Shown here: piece after piece, positions 55,183-64,000 of the stretch
Numbering within the stretch: the stretch's first letter is position 1
Layout: the number at the start of each line of letters is the position of its first letter
From: Verrucomicrobiota bacterium
Lineage (GTDB): Bacteria > Verrucomicrobiota > Verrucomicrobiia > Limisphaerales > CANJSG01
Direction of reading: 5' to 3'
DNA: 64,000 bases
NCBI GenBank assembly: GCA_038209745.1
Contig: JBBQXJ010000012.1
Coordinates: forward strand, 1 to 64,000
Translations under genes and position numbers: made by a program
Notes under the pieces: model-generated
Database searches by the model: none
What the model saw: only the letters and a program-made list of their open reading frames with translations
Told to the model about the DNA's origin: nothing

Positions 55183-55962
55183 TCAAAACGGGGTGACCTT
55201 GTCCCAGACACGGGTGAGCCATCCCTTGTTCTGCGAATCCGTCACGGTGCCGCTCGACTTGAAGGTGATCGCCGCGTCGGCCACGTCATAGCTCATCACG
55301 GTGTTGACCGAGGTGACGTCCTCGGTGCGGACGACGCCCCGGAGGATGACCTCCTGCTTCTCACCGGAGAACCCGGTGCGCTTGCGGCCCTCGACGATCA
55401 ACACCTTGTTCGGCAGGACGTCCACGACGCGGACGGCGATGCGGGCGGTGATCTGTTCCGAGTTGTTGATCTGGCCGCCACCGTTGTGGTCGACCTTCGC
55501 TCCGTACTTGAGAGCGGGCAGGCTGCCACCCTTGGTCAGGGCTCCGTAGCTGCTCGCCGGGTAGAGGAAGCTGCTGATGCTCGCATCCAGACCGCTGGAC
55601 TTGGAGGTCTTGGTGTTGTTGTTCTTGGAGGCCGAATTGTTCTCCTGAACGATGATCGTCAGGATGTCGCCCACGGCGGTCGCCTTCTTGTCGGCGACCA
55701 ACGGGCGGGCCGTCTCTGATTTCCAAAGCGAATCGGCCGATGCGAGGAACGGCAGGCCGGCGACGAGGGCGACGGCCGCGACCAGCCGCAAAGACTCTTC
55801 CACCGTCTTGCGCGGCCGAAAGCGGACTTCGAGGCGACGCGACTTCTTCACTTCGCTCTCCAACGACTCGTCGGTCTCGGCCGGAGCCGCTCCGCCCTTG
55901 CGGGCTTTCTTCCCCGCCCAGTGGTGGGCGCGTTCAAAGATAAAGGACAATGGTTTGTTCAT
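55183..55962 (-). CDS. flgH: Flagellar L-ring protein (start uncertain)
   Basis: DKKA..VGDILTI.VQE, VVDVLPN..L.VEG, GVVR.ED, GWL.R..D..PF. Confidence 0.88.
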   Translation of the reverse strand: MNKPLSFIFERAHHWAGKKARKGGAAPAETDESLESEVKKSRRLEVRFRPRKTVEESLRLVAAVALVAGLPFLASADSLWKSETARPLVADKKATAVGDILTIIVQENNSASKNNNTKTSKSSGLDASISSFLYPASSYGALTKGGSLPALKYGAKVDHNGGGQINNSEQITARIAVRVVDVLPNKVLIVEGRKRTGFSGEKQEVILRGVVRTEDVTSVNTVMSYDVADAAITFKSSGTVTDSQNKGWLTRVWDKVTPF

Positions 55963-57067
55963 TTTGGACCTTTCCCAGCATTTCCCGTCTTGTTTTTAAG
56001 TTTCTAACCCGGAGGTTCTGGCCGACGACGCCGTCTTCGAGGACCTCCACCTTGATTGAAATAGTCATCGCTCCGTCCGCCACCAGCCCATCGACGATCG
56101 TCCCGCGGGTAACGGCGGGGCGGACCCGCAGGGCCCGGCCGGTGACCAGTTGCCCCCGGCTGACGCTGGTGACGAACTCGAGGGAACCTTTCTCCAACGC
56201 TTCGGGCGTGATGTAGTCGCGGGTGAGGAGAAGATCCCGCCGCTCGGAGCGGACATCGGCGCCGACCAGCGGCTGGCCCTTGACCAGGGTCGATCCCGCC
56301 ACCAGCACGTCGCGCCAGATCTTGGCCTGGACCATCACGGGCCACGTGCCGATCCGGGTCTCGCCGCAATCCACGGCGACGCGGGCGATGAAACTCGATC
56401 CGATACCGTTCAAAGGAAGATCCACCACCCGGAACTTCAGCGGCTCGTCGGGCACGGCGACCGGCTTCCATTGTCCGGTGATCCGGAGCTCCAGTTCACC
56501 GCGGTCGCGGACCTGTTCGCGCTGGAGCGCATCGGTGAGCCATCCGCGGATTTCATCCTCACCTAGTGGGCGGGATTTGCGCTGCACCTTGACGGAGCCC
56601 GCTCCCGTCCAGTTCGTGACCGTGATCCCCGGAGCCTGCTCGCGGAGCAGCGCCTCGATGGCGGTCCGCTCCACGGTGATCATCCGGCCAAATTCCGGCG
56701 AGTCGGCCACCTTCAAACCACCGGAAGGCTCCGAGGCGAGAGAGGGAACGAGGGCACCCAAAAGCACGCCCGAAGAATCCACCTCCACCTCCGCAGCGAC
56801 CTCCAGCGTCCGAGCCGAAAGCCTCGCAGCGACCATGGAGAAGGCGATGGCCAGAAGGCTCATCGCAGAGGCGAAACTGCGCCGCCGCAAATACCCCGAA
56901 CGCCGGGGCTGTTCGGGATTGAAGCTGAACCGCGGGTCCGTGGCGCGGGCCACCGGCGCGTCCGCCGTGGGCGCTCCAGAATCCGGTGCGGTCTGGGCCA
57001 GAGCCGGTTTGGGTCGGTGGGGTTTGCCGGCGATGCGGTGGCGAGTCTTCATGGAGGGGACGATCAT
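55934..57067 (-). CDS. flgA: P-ring formation chaperone FlgA (start uncertain)
   Basis: SAF-like domain, V.RG..V, EDG..GQ.LRVRN..T; lies between flgG and flgH. Confidence 0.85.
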   Translation of the reverse strand: MIVPSMKTRHRIAGKPHRPKPALAQTAPDSGAPTADAPVARATDPRFSFNPEQPRRSGYLRRRSFASAMSLLAIAFSMVAARLSARTLEVAAEVEVDSSGVLLGALVPSLASEPSGGLKVADSPEFGRMITVERTAIEALLREQAPGITVTNWTGAGSVKVQRKSRPLGEDEIRGWLTDALQREQVRDRGELELRITGQWKPVAVPDEPLKFRVVDLPLNGIGSSFIARVAVDCGETRIGTWPVMVQAKIWRDVLVAGSTLVKGQPLVGADVRSERRDLLLTRDYITPEALEKGSLEFVTSVSRGQLVTGRALRVRPAVTRGTIVDGLVADGAMTISIKVEVLEDGVVGQNLRVRNLKTRREMLGKVQNEQTIVLYL

Positions 57068-57843
57068 CGGGTGAGATTGCCGGCGATCTGCAACATCTCG
57101 TCGGCCGCCTTGACCGACTTCGAGTTCACCTCGTAGGCGCGCTGGGCGACGATCATGTTCACCATCTCCTCGACCACCTTGACGTTCGAGAGTTCGAGGT
57201 AGTTCTGCTGGAGAGAACCGAAGCCATTGGCGTCCGGTTTGCCGACGTCCGGAGTTCCAGACGCGCCGGTCGCGGTGAAGAGATTGCCGCCGATGCTCTT
57301 CAAGCCCGAAGGATTGGTGAACCGGGCCAAAGGGATCTCGAAGGTGCTCGTTCCGCTCGGACCGGTCAGGGAAACGGTGCCGCCCGGGGCGATCGAGATA
57401 CCGGTGGTGCCGGCGGGCACGGCTCCGAAGCCCGTAAATTTGAGGCCCTGGCTGGTGACGAACTCACCGCTGCTGTTCAGTTTGAAGGAGCCGTCCCGGG
57501 TGTAGGCCGAGGTGCCGTCGGGCAACTGCACCTCGAAGAACCCGTCGCCGTTGATCGCCACGTCGAGCTTCTCCCCGGTGTTGCTCAGATCGCCTGCCGT
57601 GAAGATCCGGCCGGTGCCGGCGACGCGCGAACCGTGGCCGACCTCGACGCCGGTGGCGAGCTGGGTGTTGTTTCCCTGCTCCGCACCCGCTGCACGCTCG
57701 GTCTGGTAGAGGAGGTCCTGGAACTCGATCTTGTTCTTCTTGAAACCCGTCGTGTTGACGTTCGCCAGGTTGTTCGAGATGACGTCCAGGTTCATCTGCT
57801 GCGACTGCATGCCGGAGGCGGAGGTGTAAAGTGCGCGAATCAT
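57064..57843 (-). CDS. flgG: Flagellar distal rod protein
   Basis: SNNLANVNTTGFKK, FQDLLYQ, YTRDGSF, LELSNV.VVEEMV..QRAYE.NSK. Confidence 0.95.
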   Translation of the reverse strand: MIRALYTSASGMQSQQMNLDVISNNLANVNTTGFKKNKIEFQDLLYQTERAAGAEQGNNTQLATGVEVGHGSRVAGTGRIFTAGDLSNTGEKLDVAINGDGFFEVQLPDGTSAYTRDGSFKLNSSGEFVTSQGLKFTGFGAVPAGTTGISIAPGGTVSLTGPSGTSTFEIPLARFTNPSGLKSIGGNLFTATGASGTPDVGKPDANGFGSLQQNYLELSNVKVVEEMVNMIVAQRAYEVNSKSVKAADEMLQIAGNLTR

Positions 57844-57858
57844 AGGGTCGGATCAGGG

Positions 57859-58596
57859 TTACGAAGCGGGAGAAAGCTGGCTGATCGCGCGCGACATGCG
57901 TTCGTCGCTGATACGGATCACCTTTTGGTTGGCCTCGAAGGAGCGCATGGCCTGGATCATCTCGGCCATCTCGTTGACCACGGAGGTGTTGGAACCCTCC
58001 AGATAGCCCTGGCGCACCGTGGACGTGGAGGGTCGCTCGGTGGCGGAGCCGGCTTCGAAGACGCCGTCCCCGGCCAATGTCAGCTTCGAGACGTCGGCGA
58101 ATTCAACGACCTTGATCTTGCCCTTCTTGTCGGCGCCCTGGCTGACTTCACCGCTGGTGGCGATGGTGAAGGCGCCAGACTTGTTCGGATCCTTCTGGAT
58201 CGCCCCGGTGGTGCCCACCACCTCGTAGCCCTGCTTGGTCATCAGCCGGCCGTCGGGGCTGAAATGGAATTCGCCGTCACGGGTGTATCCCTTGGTGTTG
58301 TCGGGACGGGACACCTCGAAGAATCCGCTGCCTTCAATGGCAACGTCTTCCGGTCCACCCGGCCGGATCGCCCCGGCGGAGAAGTTGTAGGAAGTGACGA
58401 CCTGCGGAGCCGCCATGCTGACCAAGGCGGAACCGTTGTTGGACATCTGGCCGGCCTGACCGGCGACGGACTGGAACGAAACGTCCTGATGCCGGTAACC
58501 GGGCACCGACGCGGCCGCCAGATTCTCGGAGATGACCTCCTGCCATCGACTGTTCGCGTTCATCGCGGCGGCGGCTTGGAAGAGACTTACGTTCAT
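57859..58596 (-). CDS. flgF: Flagellar proximal rod protein FlgF-like
   Basis: ENLA..PGY, YTRDGEF, QGYLEGSN, RSFEANQK. Confidence 0.85.
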   Translation of the reverse strand: MNVSLFQAAAAMNANSRWQEVISENLAAASVPGYRHQDVSFQSVAGQAGQMSNNGSALVSMAAPQVVTSYNFSAGAIRPGGPEDVAIEGSGFFEVSRPDNTKGYTRDGEFHFSPDGRLMTKQGYEVVGTTGAIQKDPNKSGAFTIATSGEVSQGADKKGKIKVVEFADVSKLTLAGDGVFEAGSATERPSTSTVRQGYLEGSNTSVVNEMAEMIQAMRSFEANQKVIRISDERMSRAISQLSPAS

Positions 58597-58610
58597 CGCT
58601 CTCCCTGCCC

Positions 58611-58626
58611 AGCAACGCCGATGCCA
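58611..58626 (-). promoter_or_regulatory. Sigma54 (-24/-12) promoter of the flg operon
   Basis: TGGCATCGGCGTTGCT has exact GG-N10-GC spacing and lies just upstream of the flgF ATG. Confidence 0.8.
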
Positions 58627-58771
58627 TCCGGTATTTCGGCCGCTTTTCCCCTGTTTTGCCCTTTTGAGATCCAACGATGCCGGCAATTGCTTCCCGTCCC
58701 GGACAAATTTGCCGACCTACTGGCAGGTCTTTGGGATAGGCTACCCTCTTGAATCAAGGAGGGTAAACTTC

Positions 58772-59990
58772 GTGACGAAGGCCGATGGCCGCACTTTGAA
58801 GCATAGGACGCTGGAGCTCATCCGTCGGTTGGGCGTGAAGCGGGTAGTGGAAGCGGGCGAGGCCCGAGCGTCGCAGCAAGTTTCTTGGGCTGTGCCGCAC
58901 GAGCATCTACCCTGGGTTGGGAAGATTCAAAGGGGGCGGATGGAACGCGTTGGCGGAAAGCATTGCGGAAGGCCCTTCCTCCAAACTCTCAGCCGGAACA
59001 ATGCAGTGGAGACGCCTGGGACTCCCAGCCGCCCCCGCTGCCGTCCGGCGCGCCCCGAGACTGGCACGAACGCGGTTCGGACACACCAGCCGGCGAATCG
59101 TTTCCTGCGCCTCCTCTGGACCGCGAGGGCGCGATCGACTGCGCCTGGGACGGGCGCGCTCCCCTCATCCCCACTGCAAGGTTCTGGCTCAGAGAAGCAG
59201 CGCCAGCAGGTGGGTCGCTGGATCCTCGGCCAGGATCCACGGCGGCTCGGGTTTGATTTTCGCCTGTGGACCCGGCGAATTATCCATGCATTCGAGAAAC
59301 CGAAGATGGGCATCAAACCCGGGTTGACGGCCGTGGCTCGCTTATTGGCGAGTTTGGACACCACCCCTCAGAACGCCGCTACGCCGGGCCTACGATCGAG
59401 ACCCTCTCGCGGGCGCCCAGCTGGATGGAAGAGCCCTGCCCAAGACTCAGGAAGCGTGCGCGCAAGACGGGGGGCGATGATCCTCGTCCCGGATGAGGCA
59501 GGATTTTAATCCAACCCGCCGTCGGGCCGAACTTACGGGTTCAAGGGAACGACCCAAGTCGTCACAACTTCCGCCCAACGGCAATGCATCCACTTGAACA
59601 GCGCGGTCAATGCGGGAGGCAAGTTCTGGGCGGCAAGGTATGGCGGGAAGCTCAACGCCGGATCGTTCGTCTTGTTTCTCTCGAAATTTATGAAGGGACG
59701 CAATGGAAAGGTCTTCCTGGTAGCGGACGGACATCAGGCCCGCAAAGCCAATGCGGGCAAGGACCGCCTTGCGCCTCTCAACAATCAGTTGGACCTTCAC
59801 GCACTGCCGCCCTCAGCACCCGACTTCAATCCCAACGGGCTCGCGTGGAGACATCTGAAGAGCAACGGAATCTCCAAAAAACCGCGGATGGAAAACGAGC
59901 GGAACAAGACTCCTTCGCAATTTAGAGGGACAAGGATGTGGTCCGCTCCTTCCTCGGAGCCAAAAGCGTAGCAGATGCCACGGACTGATC
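58772..59990 (+). mobile_element. Decayed IS630-family transposase (frameshifts and stops), interrupted by a MITE
   Basis: DGRTLKHRTLELIR.., GGWNAL..KLS|EKQ..DPRRLGFDFRLWT, DEAGF*, SAVNA.G.F, FLVADGH, LPP.APDFNP. Confidence 0.85.
58992..59188 (-). mobile_element. 197-bp MITE, copy 2, with TCA target duplication
   Basis: TIRs GCCGGAACAATGCAGTGG / CCACTGCAAGGTTCTGGC; TCA at 58989-58991 and 59189-59191. Removing it rejoins the IS630 frame as KLSEKQ. Confidence 0.85.
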
Positions 59991-60014
59991 ATGGGGCGAA
60001 CCAAAACGGAAAAG

Positions 60015-60042
60015 TGGCGGGAGTGGCGGGACTCGAACCCGC
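60015..60042 (-). other. tRNA 3'-end fragment (T-arm + acceptor + CCA, Asp-like); probable att scar
   Basis: Minus strand GCGGGTTCGAGTCCCGCCACTCCCGCCA; no D arm or anticodon arm upstream. Confidence 0.75.
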
Positions 60043-60441
60043 CCAATAGTTCTTCGTCTGTTTTCGCATCCGTTCGCATCAGTTTCCTCCAAAACGCTTT
60101 ACTTCGTCTTCCTTGGATCGCCCTCAAATCTCCCTTTGCGCAAGCAAGCGCATCGATCCGAACGAACTCTGTCAGGAATTGTCAGGCAATCCATGCAACT
60201 TCTACGAAGCCCCGGAAGAAGCCCCCTGCTCACCTTGTAAGACCCCCGCAGGGTTCTTGGCTAAGCTTTCAGATCGTTCCGGTGAGATACGATTGAATAA
60301 TTTGGGACGTCTGACGGGTCAGCGTCCGAGGACCGGAAGATTTGCGAGATACTCTGGAATCCGACTCGCCAATCACCCACCCCACCCGAGACTGCAGCCG
60401 GATGTCGTTGAGCAGTTCGGCATCTCCGTCAAAGGGCAATC

Positions 60442-61203
60442 ATGCGCGAAGCACGTCACAACGAACCTTTGCCTGAAAGACCCGGCTGGTTCGCCACCAC
60501 CCATTGGACCGTCGTGCTCCGCGCCAAGTCGGATAACGCGCCCGAGGCTGCCACTGCGCTAAGTTCTCTGTGCGAGACCTACTGGACGCCAGTCTTCGCC
60601 CTCATCAAACGAGGAGGACGTTGTCTAGCTGACACCGAGGATCTCACACAGCAGTTCTTCGCGCGGTTTCTGGCCAAAGAGCAATATCGGCTGGCGATGA
60701 GGGAACGGGGGCGATTCCGCTCCTTTCTCCTGACGGCCGTCAAAAACTTCCTGATCAACGAGCGGGAGCGTGCGTCGGCTCAAAAGAGAGGCGGCGGTCG
60801 CATTCCGGAGTCATTGGATGAGTTGGTCCCCGAGGGCGACCGAGCCCGGATCGAGCCTGCGGATGAGCGCACCGCCGAGCTGCTCTTCGAACAATCCTGG
60901 GCGTTGACGTTGTTGGCAAAAGTGCGCGACCAGCTCGCGAATGAATACTCGGTTGAAGGCAAGGCGGAGCGGTTTGCCGAATTGGAGAAGTTCCTTCCTG
61001 GCGAAGACAGTGCCGACACCTATGCCAAGGCGGCCGCCCGTCTCGGAGTGGCCGAGGGCACGATCAAATCCGACATGCATCGCTTGAAGCGGCGCTACCG
61101 AGAGCTGCTGCGGGCAGAGATCGCCCACACCGTAGAAACCGCGGAGGAGGTGGACGACGAACTGCGCCACCTGATGGCGGTCCTAAGCCAGCCACGAGGA
61201 TGA
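60442..61203 (+). CDS. ECF sigma factor (kinase-associated PVC type)
   Basis: FATTHWTVV, LCETYW.P, EDLTQ.FF, RGRFRSFL, AQKRGGG, HRLKRRY..LR.EIA.TV. Confidence 0.9.
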   Translation: MREARHNEPLPERPGWFATTHWTVVLRAKSDNAPEAATALSSLCETYWTPVFALIKRGGRCLADTEDLTQQFFARFLAKEQYRLAMRERGRFRSFLLTAVKNFLINERERASAQKRGGGRIPESLDELVPEGDRARIEPADERTAELLFEQSWALTLLAKVRDQLANEYSVEGKAERFAELEKFLPGEDSADTYAKAAARLGVAEGTIKSDMHRLKRRYRELLRAEIAHTVETAEEVDDELRHLMAVLSQPRG

Positions 61204-61241
61204 TTCTCCGCGCGCTCCTCGCCGGCACCGCCAACTTTCTT

Positions 61242-61269
61242 TGCAACCATTCAGGCGATTTCCGGCAAT
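61242..61269 (+). promoter_or_regulatory. Possible ECF-type promoter upstream of the kinase
   Basis: TGCAAC-N16-GGCAAT fits the general ECF AAC/-10 layout. Confidence 0.3.
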
Positions 61270-61310
61270 GAAAGGGTGACGGATGCCACGACGGCGTCTC
61301 TCGACCACCT

Positions 61311-64000
61311 ATGAACCGATGTTGCAACCAATGCGGGGACGATCTGATCGATGGCACGGAGGGGCGGCGCTGTCCCAAGTGCATCCTCGCTCTGGCATTG
61401 GAACCGGAGGACGACGAACGGCCATCGTTCCTCGCCATCGGGACTCGCTTCGGCGGCTACGAATTGCTGGAGGAAATTGCCCGGGGAGGCATGGGCGTCG
61501 TCTATAAGGCGAAGCAGGTCGCGTTGAACCGGGTCGTCGCGCTCAAACTCATCCTGTCGGGTCAATTCGCCAGCAAACAGGAGGTGCTGCGGTTCAGGTT
61601 GGAAGCCGAGGCGGCGGCCAACCTGCGGCATCCGAACATCGTCGCGATCTACGAGACCGGTGAGGAACTCGGCCAGCAGTTCTTCTCCATGGAATTCGTG
61701 GAGGGACGGACGCTGACGGACATCGTTCACGACGGCCTGCTTCAGCCGAAGCGCGCCGCGACCTACGCCGAAACGATCGCCCGGGCGATCCAACACGCGC
61801 ACGAACAGGGCACGGTGCATCGGGATCTGAAGCCTTCGAACGTGATGATCGACGTCGCCGGGCAGGTGCGCGTGACCGATTTCGGGCTGGCCAAGCGCCT
61901 TCAAGACGATCCCGAACTCACGGCCACCGGCCAAGTGATGGGGTCCCCGAGCTTCATGCCGCCGGAGCAGTCGTCCGGCGCCCGCTCGGCTTTGGGGCCG
62001 GCTGCCGACGTCTATGGGATCGGCGCGATTCTCTATTATCTGCTCACAGGTCGGCCTCCGTTCCAGGCCGCGACGATGGCGGAAATCGTCCGGCAATTGC
62101 ATGAGCAGGATCCGGTGCCGCCTCGCCTGCTCGTTCCAAACATTGCCCAGGATCTCCAGACGATCGTCCTGAAGTGCCTGGAGAAAGATCCGGCCAAGCG
62201 CTTCGCCACCGCCGCCGAACTGGCCGAAGAACTGGGTCGATTCCTGCGTGATGAACCGGTTCGGGCCCGGCCGGTCGGAGCGCTCGAAAAGGCGTGGCGC
62301 TGGTGTCGGCGCAAGCCGGTCGTGGCGGCTCTGCTGATCGCGCTCGGGCTTGCCCTGCTATCGGGGACCGGAGGCGTGCTCTGGCAGTGGCGTCATGCGA
62401 CGACCAGCGCCCGGGCGCTCCGTCACGGGCTCTACTCGGCGGACATCAACCTGGCATCGCACCTTCGGACCGATCGGGACATAAACCGCGCCGTCGGCCT
62501 GCTCCTGCGGCATGTTCCAAAGCGAGGAGAAGAGGACCTGCGAGGGTTCGAGTGGCGTCTGTTGTGGGAGCAGTGCCAAGGCGAAGAAACGGATTCGATC
62601 ATGGCCCATGACGGGGACGTCGACTCCCTCGCCTTGACCCCGGACGGTGAACACTTCCTGACGACCGGAAGCGACCACACCGCCAAGCTTTGGAACCTCC
62701 GGACGCTGAAGCTGGAGAGAATCTTGAAAACCCTGCCCGGAAAGCCGCCCCTACATTCCGTGGCGGTAAGCGCCGACGGCGGAAAAGCCGCAGTGTGCGA
62801 CGGCCTAACCGTGACCGTATTGGAAACCAAGGGCTGGTCTGAAATCAAAACCCTGGCCGTGCCCACGTTGGCTGTGGCGTTTTCGCCGAAGACCGGTGCG
62901 CTGATGACCAGCGCCGGAGCCGACATCAAGGCGTGGGATCCCAACACCTGGATCGCGCAAACCTTGGTGGACGGCCCTCTGGAACTCTTCGCGTTCAGTC
63001 CGGACGGCCGCTTGCTGGCGGTTGCGCGGGGAGAAGACCTCGAACTGCACGATGGTTCGAACGGCCGACTGCTGGTTCGGTTGCCCGGGAAAATCGAGAA
63101 CCATGCCTATGCCCTGGCCTTTTCGCCCGATGGCCGCTTCGTCGCCGCCGGAGGGATGTATGGCGGCGTGATCGTTTGGGACGTTGCTGCGGAAAAGGTC
63201 GTCGCGAAGGCCAGCGCCCACACCAGCTTCGTGAGCGGCCTCGCCTTCTCCCCGGACGGACGCTGGCTTGCCACCGGCGGAAGCGATCAGTTCCTGACAA
63301 TCGGAAGGGTGTCCGATTGGCACAAGGAAGCGGATCTCTACGGTCACAAAAACGGCGTCTTCGATCTCACCTTCACTCCGGATGGTCGCCGCCTGGTTTC
63401 GGCCAGCCGCGACCACACGGTGAAGTTCTGGAAGGTCCCGGTGGAACCGAACGCCTCGATGTTGGGCGACGCGCAGGCCCTCATCGGGTTCACGGCGGAC
63501 AGCAGGACGGCCGTCACGCTGGACACGGATGCAACCCTCCGGCAGTGGGATGTGGCGTCCCTGGACGAAATCAAACGGAACAAGCTCTCCGCCCAAGTTC
63601 GGGCCACCGCCGGCACCGTCGCGCCTGACGGAAAAACGGTGGCGATCGGCTATGAAGACGGCTTCGTGGAGTTTCGCGATCTGCCGACCTCCGATTTGCT
63701 CCATCGGGGGAACGGCGGGACCAACGCAGTTTGCTTACTGCAGTTTTCTCCCGACGGCAGAGTCGCCGCGGGCACCGGTATTTTCCTGCACGGCCTCCCG
63801 ACCACCAGTGGAATTCTCGGACTCTGGGACGTGGCCACCGGGGACCGGTTGACCAAACTCGAGGAGTCACTGGGCGGTTCGGCCAGCGGGATCTCTTTTT
63901 CCCACGACGGACAATTGATCGCGATCAGCCGGCCCGACCTATCGATCTTGATCTGGGACCGGGTCCGCAACAAACCACTCCGCACGCTCACCGGCCATAC
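61311..64000 (+). CDS. Ser/Thr kinase with N-terminal CxxC..CxxC, TM helix and WD40 repeats (partial, runs off window)
   Basis: Not in the ORF track because no stop is reached. MNRCCNQC..CPKC, IARGGMGVVY, HRDLKPSN, TDFG, then GH..FSPDG..D.T.K.W repeats. Confidence 0.9.
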   Translation, partial: MNRCCNQCGDDLIDGTEGRRCPKCILALALEPEDDERPSFLAIGTRFGGYELLEEIARGGMGVVYKAKQVALNRVVALKLILSGQFASKQEVLRFRLEAEAAANLRHPNIVAIYETGEELGQQFFSMEFVEGRTLTDIVHDGLLQPKRAATYAETIARAIQHAHEQGTVHRDLKPSNVMIDVAGQVRVTDFGLAKRLQDDPELTATGQVMGSPSFMPPEQSSGARSALGPAADVYGIGAILYYLLTGRPPFQAATMAEIVRQLHEQDPVPPRLLVPNIAQDLQTIVLKCLEKDPAKRFATAAELAEELGRFLRDEPVRARPVGALEKAWRWCRRKPVVAALLIALGLALLSGTGGVLWQWRHATTSARALRHGLYSADINLASHLRTDRDINRAVGLLLRHVPKRGEEDLRGFEWRLLWEQCQGEETDSIMAHDGDVDSLALTPDGEHFLTTGSDHTAKLWNLRTLKLERILKTLPGKPPLHSVAVSADGGKAAVCDGLTVTVLETKGWSEIKTLAVPTLAVAFSPKTGALMTSAGADIKAWDPNTWIAQTLVDGPLELFAFSPDGRLLAVARGEDLELHDGSNGRLLVRLPGKIENHAYALAFSPDGRFVAAGGMYGGVIVWDVAAEKVVAKASAHTSFVSGLAFSPDGRWLATGGSDQFLTIGRVSDWHKEADLYGHKNGVFDLTFTPDGRRLVSASRDHTVKFWKVPVEPNASMLGDAQALIGFTADSRTAVTLDTDATLRQWDVASLDEIKRNKLSAQVRATAGTVAPDGKTVAIGYEDGFVEFRDLPTSDLLHRGNGGTNAVCLLQFSPDGRVAAGTGIFLHGLPTTSGILGLWDVATGDRLTKLEESLGGSASGISFSHDGQLIAISRPDLSILIWDRVRNKPLRTLTGH

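Noticed and set aside
60015..60090. Complete tRNA gene
   Set aside because: Only the T-arm and 3' acceptor strand are present; treated as an att scar.

Overview
High-GC bacterial window, most consistent with a Verrucomicrobiota genome. This is an inference from the PSD1/DUF1553-DUF1501 pair, the ilvE-mcsA-mcsB-clpC order, the ECF-sigma/kinase pair and the repeat families. 1-1500 is a graveyard of mobile and defence-gene scraps: an hsdR 3' end, a REP, an IS66 tnpB fragment, a MITE and an IS3 end. 1599-15263 is a rhamnose ABC/rhaB/rhaM + lutABC operon in which five gene junctions carry small inserts bounded by inverted repeats: a GxxExxY gene, a RAYT-like tnpA, a four-helix-bundle gene, two orphan ORFs and REP doublets. 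Some inserts leave duplicated copies of an operon gene's start codon region. This junction-insertion pattern is the most interesting signal in the window. The middle holds a Ser/Thr kinase between apbE and pnkp remnants, then ftsK, a hybrid histidine kinase, def, a PfkB kinase, parB, ilvE-mcsAB-clpC, PVC-type secreted proteins, an HDAC and a CopA. The right end has a sigma54-driven flgFGAHIJNKL operon, a decayed IS630 interrupted by a MITE, a tRNA 3'-end att scar, and an ECF sigma plus a WD40 kinase that runs off the window. All family calls come from motif recognition by eye; no database searches were run.
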